This document shows, one piece after another, positions 7,621 to 15,032 of a stretch of DNA of 27,765 nt. The stretch is taken from IMG/VR virus record IMGVR_UViG_3300037524_000463, positions 1-27,765 of that record. One strand, written 5' to 3'. The stretch's first letter is position 1; the number at the start of each line of letters is the position of its first letter. The position numbers were made by a program, and so were the translations under genes. The notes under the pieces were generated by a model. It searched no databases and was not told the origin of the DNA. It saw only the letters and a program-made list of their open reading frames with translations. This stretch comes from a virus (Duplodnaviria; Caudoviricetes).

Positions 7621-8112
7621 ATGCCGCTCGGGTCGTGGTTCTCGCTCCATTTCTACGGACCCGGAGCGGGCGCCACTGTTGCAACGGGCGCTGCCACGGC
7701 CGAGGTCTTGGCCGCGTCTGGCGTGGCGCGCGCGGAGGCCATCGGCGGCGGCGCCGCGTCGCCCGTGCTGCTGGACGCGACGCGGCTGGTGGATTCCCCG
7801 TTCTTCGTGGCGGGGGCGGGCGCCATGCTGCAAGCGGCGCCGAAGGGGCGGGCGCGCGCCAGCCTGGTGGTGCGGGTCAACGAGTTGTCGCAGGACGATG
7901 TGACGGGCGCGGTGCTTGAAGCCGAGGTTGAGCCCGGCCTGTCGCTGCGCGAAGCCATGCGGCTGGTGACGGCGGCGCTGGCTGGCAAGGTATCGGGCGC
8001 GGCCGGGACGACGGTCACAATTCGCGACGTGAACGACGCTAAAAACAGGATTGTGGCGACGGTGGACGCGAACGGAAACCGCACCGCCGTCACGCTCGAC
8101 GCGAGCGTCTAG
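7621..8112 (+). CDS. Putative virion structural protein, 163 aa
   Basis: Operon packing; C-terminal LREAMRLVTAALAGKVSG...RDVNDAKNRIVATVDANGNRT segment is phage-structural-like. Confidence 0.7.
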   Translation: MPLGSWFSLHFYGPGAGATVATGAATAEVLAASGVARAEAIGGGAASPVLLDATRLVDSPFFVAGAGAMLQAAPKGRARASLVVRVNELSQDDVTGAVLEAEVEPGLSLREAMRLVTAALAGKVSGAAGTTVTIRDVNDAKNRIVATVDANGNRTAVTLDASV

Positions 8113-8114
8113 CC

Positions 8115-8633
8115 ATGTTTGCGCCGCGCTACTACGCGCGCCGCTATTTCGCGGGCCGGTATTGGCCCCCGGCTGACGGTGGCGGCGGCGGGCCGACTTA
8201 TGCCGATGGCGCGCTGTTTACGACGGGTTCCGGCGCGCTTGTTCGCGCGGACGCCATCGCGCCGGAACCGCCCCCCGTTGCCGAACAGGTAAGCGGCGGC
8301 GGCGGTCCTGACCGCGCGCGGCGCAGGCGCATCAAGCGCGAGCGCACTTGGTCGATTGCCGAACTACAGGCCGAACTTCGCGCGCAAGTCACCGCTGCGT
8401 GGCCGGCGGTCGAGGCCGAACTTGCCGAGGCGCAGCCTGTCGAGGCTGCGCAGCGCGCGGAGGAAATCCGCGACGGGCGCGACCTGGCAGCGTTGCCGGT
8501 GCCGACGCTGCTGGCGCTGGGCGCCGAGGTTGCCGCGCTGGCGCCGCCGATGGACGCGGCGGCGATGCTGCGGGTGCTGATCGAACTACGCGACGAAGAC
8601 GACGCGGCGGCGCTGCTGCTGCTGACGATGTGA
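8115..8633 (+). CDS. Hypothetical protein, 172 aa
   Basis: Operon packing; aromatic repeat N-terminus (FAPRYYARRYFAGRYW) and acidic-hydrophobic C-terminus (DEDDAAALLLLTM). Confidence 0.7.
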   Translation: MFAPRYYARRYFAGRYWPPADGGGGGPTYADGALFTTGSGALVRADAIAPEPPPVAEQVSGGGGPDRARRRRIKRERTWSIAELQAELRAQVTAAWPAVEAELAEAQPVEAAQRAEEIRDGRDLAALPVPTLLALGAEVAALAPPMDAAAMLRVLIELRDEDDAAALLLLTM

Positions 8634-8643
8634 GGTTGTGACC

Positions 8644-8937
8644 ATGCGCAGTGACGCTTTCCGGCCGTTCGCGAACGTGACGTTGACCGTCACGGCCACG
8701 TCGTCTCAGGCGACGATCCCGGCGACCGCGACCCATCTGGAACTCAACAACGACGGCGGCTCGACGTGCTTTGTGCGCTGGGGGCCGACTGCGGCGACGG
8801 CGGTCACGACCGATTACCCGGTGCTGTCGGGCCAGTGCAAGATTATCACCTGCGAACTGGGCAACACCAGCGTCGCGGCAATCTGCGGCGCGGGCGAGGC
8901 GACGACGCTGCGCGTGTCTGCTGGCGCGGGGGTCTGA
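8644..8937 (+). CDS. Small beta-rich putative virion protein (alternative GTG at 8638)
   Basis: GAGGT SD 7 nt before ATG 8644; Thr/Ala/Val-rich. Confidence 0.7.
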   Translation: MRSDAFRPFANVTLTVTATSSQATIPATATHLELNNDGGSTCFVRWGPTAATAVTTDYPVLSGQCKIITCELGNTSVAAICGAGEATTLRVSAGAGV

Positions 8938-8940
8938 GCC

Positions 8941-9570
8941 ATGGCGCTTCGTGGTGCCGGGCTGTCGCGGCAGCAGGCGGCGGGGATTTCGTATCCCGCG
9001 ACGCAGTTGCGCAGCGGGCAAGTCATCGGCCTGCCGACGTTCGGCACGGCGTCGTTGGTTACCGCCGTGGCCGCCGACGTGATGTACGCATACCCCATCC
9101 CGGTGCCCGCAAGCGGTGTGCTCAACACCATCAACGTACAGGTGGGCACGCTGACGGCGGGCGTTAACGGCAAGCTAGGCATCGCGCGCCCTGGCCCAGA
9201 CGGCTTTCCCCTTACGCTTCTGGCCGAATGCCCCGCCGCCGTTGATTTCAACGCAGCCGCCGGCACTGTGCTTGCTGCGACCATTACGGGCGGCTTGCCC
9301 GTTGGACCTTCAATGCTGTGGGGGCTTTTCGTTGCCAATGGCGCCGCGCAGCCCGCGCTTTATCTGTCGTTCAACACGGGCGCCATGGCTTCCGGGCATC
9401 TGATCGGCAACACTCTGATGTCAGGCTATACGCAGGCGGGCGCAACGGCGTCCACGCATCGTCTTTCTCGCGCGCACACCTATGCCGCGCCGTTCCCCGC
9501 CACGCTGACAGGTTGGACTGCTACGTTCACCAATCCGGGCTCCCCCATTCTGACGGCGACCGCAGCATGA
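8941..9570 (+). CDS. Putative fibre/receptor-binding-like protein, 209 aa
   Basis: Beta-rich, precedes a DUF4376 gene, ATGA overlap at the stop. Confidence 0.6.
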   Translation: MALRGAGLSRQQAAGISYPATQLRSGQVIGLPTFGTASLVTAVAADVMYAYPIPVPASGVLNTINVQVGTLTAGVNGKLGIARPGPDGFPLTLLAECPAAVDFNAAAGTVLAATITGGLPVGPSMLWGLFVANGAAQPALYLSFNTGAMASGHLIGNTLMSGYTQAGATASTHRLSRAHTYAAPFPATLTGWTATFTNPGSPILTATAA

Positions 9571-9974
9571 GGACGATCACATTTAACGCTGACGGGACGC
9601 GCACCGTCACCGACAACCGCACGCTTGCCGACGCGCAGGCCGAGGCATTCGCCCGCATCGACGCGGAGTTTGCGGCGCGCATCGCGGCTGGGATGCAGCA
9701 CGCGGGGCGGCCCGTTGAGATTGACGAGGCCAGCACCGCGCGCATGAACGCCGCTGCGTCGCTGCATCTGGCGGGCATCTTCCCGGCCGGGTTCGAATGG
9801 CGGATGGGCGACAATGGTTTCCTGCCCATCACCGGCCCGCAGATGGTCGCGCTGGCTGCCGCTGCCGCCGCGCGCGTGCTGGCGCTGCGCAAGGCGCGCT
9901 GGGCTGCGCGCGACGCCATCCGCGCCGCCACCACCCGTGAGGCCGCCGACGCGGTGACGGCGACCTGGCCGTGA
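9567..9974 (+). CDS. DUF4376-like protein (fibre-assembly associated)
   Basis: ATGA overlap start; ID..S..RM, EWRMGDNGF, ARDAIRAATT..A.DAV..TWP are characteristic of DUF4376. Confidence 0.85.
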   Translation: MRTITFNADGTRTVTDNRTLADAQAEAFARIDAEFAARIAAGMQHAGRPVEIDEASTARMNAAASLHLAGIFPAGFEWRMGDNGFLPITGPQMVALAAAAAARVLALRKARWAARDAIRAATTREAADAVTATWP

Positions 9975-10213
9975 TCAAGTCCACGCTTGCCCATGTAGCG
10001 CTGTCGGTGCCGCTGTTCGCAGCGGGCTACGGCGCGGCTGTGGCGGGCGCTGAGTGGGCCGCCGCGTTGGCGGTGGCGCTGTATTGGCTGGGGCGTGAGT
10101 TGGCGCAGTCCATGCGGCCGAGCGCGCCCTTCAAGATCAATTGGACGATGAACAACACGCTGGGTTTCGGCGTGCCCGCCGCGCTGGCGGTGCTGGCGGC
10201 CATCGTCCTGTAG
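9971..10213 (+). CDS. Small membrane protein, 80 aa
   Basis: GTGA overlap; 2-3 hydrophobic segments; YWLGRELAQ motif. Confidence 0.7.
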   Translation: MIKSTLAHVALSVPLFAAGYGAAVAGAEWAAALAVALYWLGRELAQSMRPSAPFKINWTMNNTLGFGVPAALAVLAAIVL

Positions 10214-10217
10214 GTTT

Positions 10218-10321
10218 CGCCCTTCGGGGCGTGTCGCTTGTCGCGAGCGTATCGCGGCCCGTCGCTGGCGGTTCCCAGCGTGTCGCCTTGGCCCGGCGTT
10301 GACGCGGCTGCACCGGAAAAC
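10218..10321 (+). ncRNA. Putative structured cis-regulatory RNA leader of the scaffold gene
   Basis: cUUCGg hairpin (10218-10231), then three GTCGC-initiated units; two can form H-type pseudoknots and one is a simple hairpin. Confidence 0.55.
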
Positions 10322-11188
10322 ATGGAACAGGAAAACACTGCACCGGAAGGCGCGGCGGTAGAGCCGCGTTCTTTCTCCGACATTCTGCGTGGCGAACCGA
10401 CGCCGCGACCCGAGGAACCGGCTGGGCGGCCGGAACCAGAGGCCGCGCCTGTCGAGCAAGCCGCAACGGGCGATAAACCCGACGCCAAGCCTGAGCGCCC
10501 CCGCGATGACGCGGGCCGGTTTGCTCCCAAGGCCGAAGCGCCGGACACCGGGCCGCCGCCGGAACCGAAGCAGGATGGCGCGTCGCAGACTGTGCCGCTT
10601 TCCGCCGTGCTTGAGGAACGGAAAAAGCGTCAGGCTATCGAGCAGCGGCTTAAGGAGTTGGAGGCGCGTCTTGCGCAGCCGGCTCCCCCGCCGCAGCCCG
10701 TGGCGCCGCCGCAGCCTGAGGTGCCGCTAGAGGACCTGATGTTTCAGGACCCGCAGCGGTTCATTCAGGCTGTGCGGGCACCGCTTGAGGAGCAGTTGCT
10801 CCAAACGCGGTGGCACCTGTCAGAGCAGGTGCATGGCCAGCAGCCTGATTACAACGAGGCTTACGCGGCGCTGCTTGACCTTAAAAACCGCGACCCTGCG
10901 GCGGCGGCAGTAATTGACCGCGCCATGCGCACGCATCCCGACCCTGGTGGTTGGGTGCTGCAACAGGGACGCGCACTGCTGCGACAGCAGAAGTGGGGCG
11001 AGGTTATCCAGCAATACGGATCGCCCGACGACTTCATTGCTGCGCGCCAGCCTGCGCCGCCTCCCGCCAATCCGTTGCCTCCCGCTCCGCCCGCTTCGCT
11101 GGCTGCTGCCAGGTCTGCCGCAACGCGCGCCGCGCCTGTGGCCCCTGGTCAGCGGTCCATCTCCGAAATCCTGGGGCGTAGGCGCTAA
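10322..11188 (+). CDS. Scaffolding protein
   Basis: Immediately upstream of the capsid gene; Pro/Glu-rich N-terminus, RDDAGRFAPK, VPLSAVLEERKKRQ coiled coil. ATG 10322 preferred over TTG 10238. Confidence 0.85.
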   Translation: MEQENTAPEGAAVEPRSFSDILRGEPTPRPEEPAGRPEPEAAPVEQAATGDKPDAKPERPRDDAGRFAPKAEAPDTGPPPEPKQDGASQTVPLSAVLEERKKRQAIEQRLKELEARLAQPAPPPQPVAPPQPEVPLEDLMFQDPQRFIQAVRAPLEEQLLQTRWHLSEQVHGQQPDYNEAYAALLDLKNRDPAAAAVIDRAMRTHPDPGGWVLQQGRALLRQQKWGEVIQQYGSPDDFIAARQPAPPPANPLPPAPPASLAAARSAATRAAPVAPGQRSISEILGRRR

Positions 11189-11218
11189 CCGCGCGCGCCC
11201 CTTTCCTGGGGGCCGATC

Positions 11219-12334
11219 ATGGCTGAGACTCGGGCAGCGACGGGCCTTACCGTCGAACAGTGGGACAGCGACTATTTCGCCGAATACTTCCAGGCGAATA
11301 TGTTCGCGCCCTACATGGGTGAGGGCGAGTCCGCCATCATCCAGATCAACGAGCAGCTTTCGCGTCAGCGCGGCGACCGCTTTACCTTCGCGCTCGTCAA
11401 CCGCCTGACCAACGCCGCGACGCTGGGCAACAACACGTTGGAAGGAAACGAGGAAGACCTTTCCTCGCGCTCCTATGAGCAGGTTGTCGATCTGCGCCGC
11501 CATGGCGTTGTCGTGCCGAAGATGGAGCGCCAGCGCTCCGCTATCGACCTTCGCGAGGCCGCGCGCGCGCAGCTTCGCACCTGGTCGATGGAAGACCTGC
11601 GCGACAGCGTCATTGCCGCGATGTATTCGATCGACGGCGTGCCGTTCGGCCTGACTTCGGCCGCGCAGCGCAACACGTGGGTGACCAACAACGCCGCCCG
11701 CGTGCTGTTCGGCAACTCGGCGGCGAACTACAGCACCACCTTCGCCACGGCGATGGGCACGCTGGACAACACCAACGACCGCGCGACGGCCAACGTGCTT
11801 TCGCTGGCCAAGCGCCGTGCGCTGTCCCCGTCCATCGCGGGCTTCACTACCGTGCCGAAGATTCGGCCGATTGAGGTCTCGGGCGGCAAGCGCGTGCTGG
11901 TGGCGTTTGTCTCGCCGCTGGTGTTCCGCGACTTGGCGGTTTCGCTCCAGGCCGTGAACCGCGATGCGTGGGACCGGGGCCGCGAAAACCCGATCTTCAC
12001 GGGCGCCGATCTCTACTACGAGGGCGTGGTGATTAAGGAAGTGGACGATATGCCGGTGCTGCCGGCGAACGCCACCATCAACGGCATCGCGGTCGGCAAC
12101 ACGGTGCAGGCGTCGCCCATCTTCCTGTGCGGTGCGCAGGCGGTGGCGTGCGCTTACGCGCAGCGTTCGCGCACGGTGACGGAAGACTTCGACTATCAGG
12201 CCAAGGCTGGCGTGGCGGTCGAGGAAATTCGCGGCATTGGCAAGATGCGTTTCGGCACGGGCGCGGGCGATACCGATGTCCCGGTTGACTACGGGGTGTT
12301 TACCTCGTGGGTCGCGGCGCCGGCTGACGCCTGA
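11219..12334 (+). CDS. Major capsid protein (DUF4043 / N4-gp56-like)
   Basis: GDRFTFALVNRL, LEGNEEDL, RHGV, IDLREAAR..L..W, NPIFTGA, FLCGAQA, EDFDY and DYGV motifs; 371 aa. Confidence 0.93.
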   Translation: MAETRAATGLTVEQWDSDYFAEYFQANMFAPYMGEGESAIIQINEQLSRQRGDRFTFALVNRLTNAATLGNNTLEGNEEDLSSRSYEQVVDLRRHGVVVPKMERQRSAIDLREAARAQLRTWSMEDLRDSVIAAMYSIDGVPFGLTSAAQRNTWVTNNAARVLFGNSAANYSTTFATAMGTLDNTNDRATANVLSLAKRRALSPSIAGFTTVPKIRPIEVSGGKRVLVAFVSPLVFRDLAVSLQAVNRDAWDRGRENPIFTGADLYYEGVVIKEVDDMPVLPANATINGIAVGNTVQASPIFLCGAQAVACAYAQRSRTVTEDFDYQAKAGVAVEEIRGIGKMRFGTGAGDTDVPVDYGVFTSWVAAPADA

Positions 12335-12341
12335 TCCTGAT

Positions 12342-12373
12342 GGGCGCGGCGCTGTGATGGCGCCGCGCCCTTT
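12342..12373 (+). terminator. Stem-loop/terminator after the capsid gene
   Basis: Perfect 11-bp stem GGGCGCGGCGC (12342-12352)/GCGCCGCGCCC (12360-12370), 7-nt loop, short TTT tail, so probably leaky. Confidence 0.75.
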
Positions 12374-12404
12374 CCACATCCAGACAACGAAAGGAGCCTA
12401 GGCG

Positions 12405-12836
12405 ATGCCGGGCTACACCAAGCCGGTTGCCGCGACGGCGCCGGCCTATGCGCCGCGCGGGCAGGATTCTGCCATTGCGTGGAACCGCATGACCCTCGCA
12501 ACGGGCGAACTGACGCTGAACCAGGTGCATCCGGTGGTGCGCCTGCCGCGCGGCGCCATCGTCCATGACGTGGTTTTCAAGACCACGGATATGGACAACG
12601 GCGCCACGCTGATTTTCTCGGTCGGCGTGGCTGGCGATACCGAGCGGTATGTGCGCCGCGTGTCTGGGCAGGCTGCGGGCGCTTTCCGCGCTGCCAACGA
12701 CGCCACGGCGGCGGGCACCATGCTCGCCGCTGCGCCGCTGGCCAACGAGACGACCGTGGACGTTCTGGTGCAGACGGCGGCGACCACGCCCGTCGCTGGC
12801 ACCATCGATCTGGCCGTTCACTACACGGTCGAGTGA
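12405..12836 (+). CDS. Putative capsid decoration/cement protein
   Basis: AGGAG SD; follows capsid; LPRGAIV...DMDNG...SVGVAGDTERYV beta-sandwich pattern. Confidence 0.7.
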   Translation: MPGYTKPVAATAPAYAPRGQDSAIAWNRMTLATGELTLNQVHPVVRLPRGAIVHDVVFKTTDMDNGATLIFSVGVAGDTERYVRRVSGQAAGAFRAANDATAAGTMLAAAPLANETTVDVLVQTAATTPVAGTIDLAVHYTVE

Positions 12837-13090
12837 TGACGGTGCGCTTCGTCTATCTCGGACCGCCTGACGAGCCAAAGTGCGCTGGAGTGACCAACGC
12901 GCTTACGGGCGTGTGGGTGACGGGCGAGCCGCGCGATATCGAAGATCCTTCGCATATCGCGTGGCTGGCGCGCCATCCGCATTGGGCGGCCATGGAGGGC
13001 GAGGCGTTCGTTGACCCGCCGGGGACGTTTGAAGAAGCGCCCCCGGCCGAGCAACCCAAGCGGCGGGGCCGCCCGCCAAAGGCTCGGTGA
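12833..13090 (+). CDS. Small hypothetical protein with basic KRRGRPPK tail
   Basis: GTGA overlaps at both ends; AT-hook-like C-terminus common in post-capsid genes. Confidence 0.7.
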   Translation: MMTVRFVYLGPPDEPKCAGVTNALTGVWVTGEPRDIEDPSHIAWLARHPHWAAMEGEAFVDPPGTFEEAPPAEQPKRRGRPPKAR

Positions 13091-13863
13091 TGGCTGCGCT
13101 GCTTGGGTTCGACGGCTTCACGACTTCGGCGAGCGTCATCACGCCGATCACGCTGGGCGCCGTGCTGGCGTCTGTGGCGCTGCCCGCAAAGGCGACGGTG
13201 GGCGGCATCGACGTTGACGTGGGCGATCTGGATGCCAACGCCACGCCTCTGATCCGGCTGGACGTGGGCGACGTGGCCGATGCGGATCGGTTCGTGGCGG
13301 CGTCCACCATCGCGCGCGACGGCGGCTTGCTGGAATACCGGCCGGAAAGCGCGGCTTACTACCGCTATCCGCTAGCGAGCGCAGTGCGCGTCACGGTGCA
13401 GACCGCGCCCGCGACGGGCGTGGCGGGCACCATCGGCGTCACGGTTTACGGCTACCCGAGCGCGGACATTTCCGACGCGGTGCGCCTGACGCTGCAAGGC
13501 TTGGGCGTGCTGGCCGAGGGCCAGACCGCGCGCGCCGAGGATGACGTTCTGGCGCGGGAAGCGTTGGCCGAGGTCCACCAGATGCTTCGCTACAAGGGGC
13601 TTGCGAACCGGCAGGATTTGGAGTGGCCAACGACGGCCATTCCGCTGTTTGCGGTGCGGTCTTATGCGCGCATGGCGGGGAACCTGCTGGCCGATGTGTT
13701 CGGGCTGCCTGCGCAGCGCCATGCGGTTCTGGCGCAGCGCGCGGCCGAAGCGGAGCGCGAAATCCGGCGCCAGACTTACGTCAAGTATGACGGAAGCCCG
13801 GTGAACCTTGAGCCGTATCGCGACGATCCGCCCTACTTCCTTGAGCGCGGGGTTCTGGCATGA
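13087..13863 (+). CDS. Decoration-like domain fused to P22 gp4-like head-tail adaptor
   Basis: N-half parallels 12405..12836; C-half has LQGLGVLAEGQTARAEDDVLAREAL..VHQML, the gp4-type adaptor pattern. Confidence 0.7.
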   Translation: MMAALLGFDGFTTSASVITPITLGAVLASVALPAKATVGGIDVDVGDLDANATPLIRLDVGDVADADRFVAASTIARDGGLLEYRPESAAYYRYPLASAVRVTVQTAPATGVAGTIGVTVYGYPSADISDAVRLTLQGLGVLAEGQTARAEDDVLAREALAEVHQMLRYKGLANRQDLEWPTTAIPLFAVRSYARMAGNLLADVFGLPAQRHAVLAQRAAEAEREIRRQTYVKYDGSPVNLEPYRDDPPYFLERGVLA

Positions 13864-14306
13864 GCGGCGTGCGGTTCGTCCCGAATGAGCGGCTGCGGTC
13901 TGCGAAGCTGAATAGGCTGGTGACGACGGCCGAGGCGCCGCTTGATGGCGGCCTGTATGCGCGGCAGGGCGAGGCGTGGGTGCCGGTGCGGTCGAGCATC
14001 GAGACCGTCGCCACGACGACGCACATTCCCGCCGTTGGCACGGATGGGCGCTGGTTCCGCTGCACGAACGCGAGCGGCTGCGCGGTGACGATCCCGGCCA
14101 ACGCGACGCAGGCGCATCCGGTCGGGACGATGCTGACCTATGAACAGAACGCTACGGTGGCCGTGACCTTTGCGGCGGCGGGCGGCGTGACGCTGCGCGT
14201 GCCGGCGGCGTATGCGGCCAGCACGGCAGAGCGTTATGCCGTGGTGCAGGTCTGCAAGGTCGGCACGGACGAGTGGGTGCTTTACGGGCATCTGTTGGCG
14301 CTGTGA
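13860..14306 (+). CDS. Virion fibre protein, 148 aa
   Basis: EAPLDGGLYARQGEAW motif plus VTIPANA...PVGT...GGVTL...KVGTDEWVLYG domain typical of phage fibres. Confidence 0.7.
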   Translation: MSGVRFVPNERLRSAKLNRLVTTAEAPLDGGLYARQGEAWVPVRSSIETVATTTHIPAVGTDGRWFRCTNASGCAVTIPANATQAHPVGTMLTYEQNATVAVTFAAAGGVTLRVPAAYAASTAERYAVVQVCKVGTDEWVLYGHLLAL

Positions 14307-15031
14307 TCGCGGTTCCTAGCACTGGCGCGATTGCGGGGCCGCGCGCGGCTATCCAGATCAGGGCAGATTATCCGGCTTCGTTCACCAGCATTGGCAGCGG
14401 GTCGTCGGATGTGACGCTTCAGTTGCCAGTTGAGCGCCCGCGCCAGATGCTTGTTGCCGTCATCGGCAACATCGTCAACACGTCGTTTAGCGCGCCTGCC
14501 GGCTGGACGATCATTAGCGATTTCGGAACCGCCGGTTGCCATCTCATGATGGCCTACAAGCTCCGCGCGCCTGGCGAACCTACGCCGACTTTCACGCGCG
14601 GCGCTGGCACGTCCTGCGTTGGCTGGTGCTTTGGTTATACGCCGCTTGTCGGCAACTTGGTGTTTCAGTCGAGCACGGACGGCGGCGGCACCAGCGCCAC
14701 GATTACGTCGCCAAGCATCACGTTGACCGCACCGCGAAACTTTCTTGTCGTGGGCATGGCGCGTCAATTCTTCTGGGATACGCTGGTGACGCAGTTCAAC
14801 GCTGCGAACCTGCAGGCGGGCAATCCAGACGGGCTGACAGCGCCGAGCGGGTTCTTCGTCCGCAAGGACATTTGGGACAACGCCTTCACCCTGGCTCGGG
14901 CTGCGCCCCTGCTGGGGACGCAATCGGTGATGTTGTCGGGAGTTGGCGCGGGGGCTACGGGCGCCTTCACGCATTCGATCCCGTTTGCCAACTGGCGCAT
15001 CTGCGCCGCTGCATTCCAGTGGACGGCATGA
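14303..15031 (+). CDS. Putative receptor-binding / fibre tip protein
   Basis: GTGA overlap; APAGWT...AYKLRAPGEP.PTFT pattern; beta-rich. Confidence 0.6.
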   Translation: MIAVPSTGAIAGPRAAIQIRADYPASFTSIGSGSSDVTLQLPVERPRQMLVAVIGNIVNTSFSAPAGWTIISDFGTAGCHLMMAYKLRAPGEPTPTFTRGAGTSCVGWCFGYTPLVGNLVFQSSTDGGGTSATITSPSITLTAPRNFLVVGMARQFFWDTLVTQFNAANLQAGNPDGLTAPSGFFVRKDIWDNAFTLARAAPLLGTQSVMLSGVGAGATGAFTHSIPFANWRICAAAFQWTA

Positions 15032-15032
15032 C

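Noticed and set aside
10238-10321. N-terminal extension of scaffold from TTG 10238
   Set aside because: No SD, and the region is better explained as structured RNA.
12325-12345. Capsid stop readthrough or frameshift extension
   Set aside because: TGA is followed by a second in-frame TGA two codons later, and no slippery heptamer is visible.
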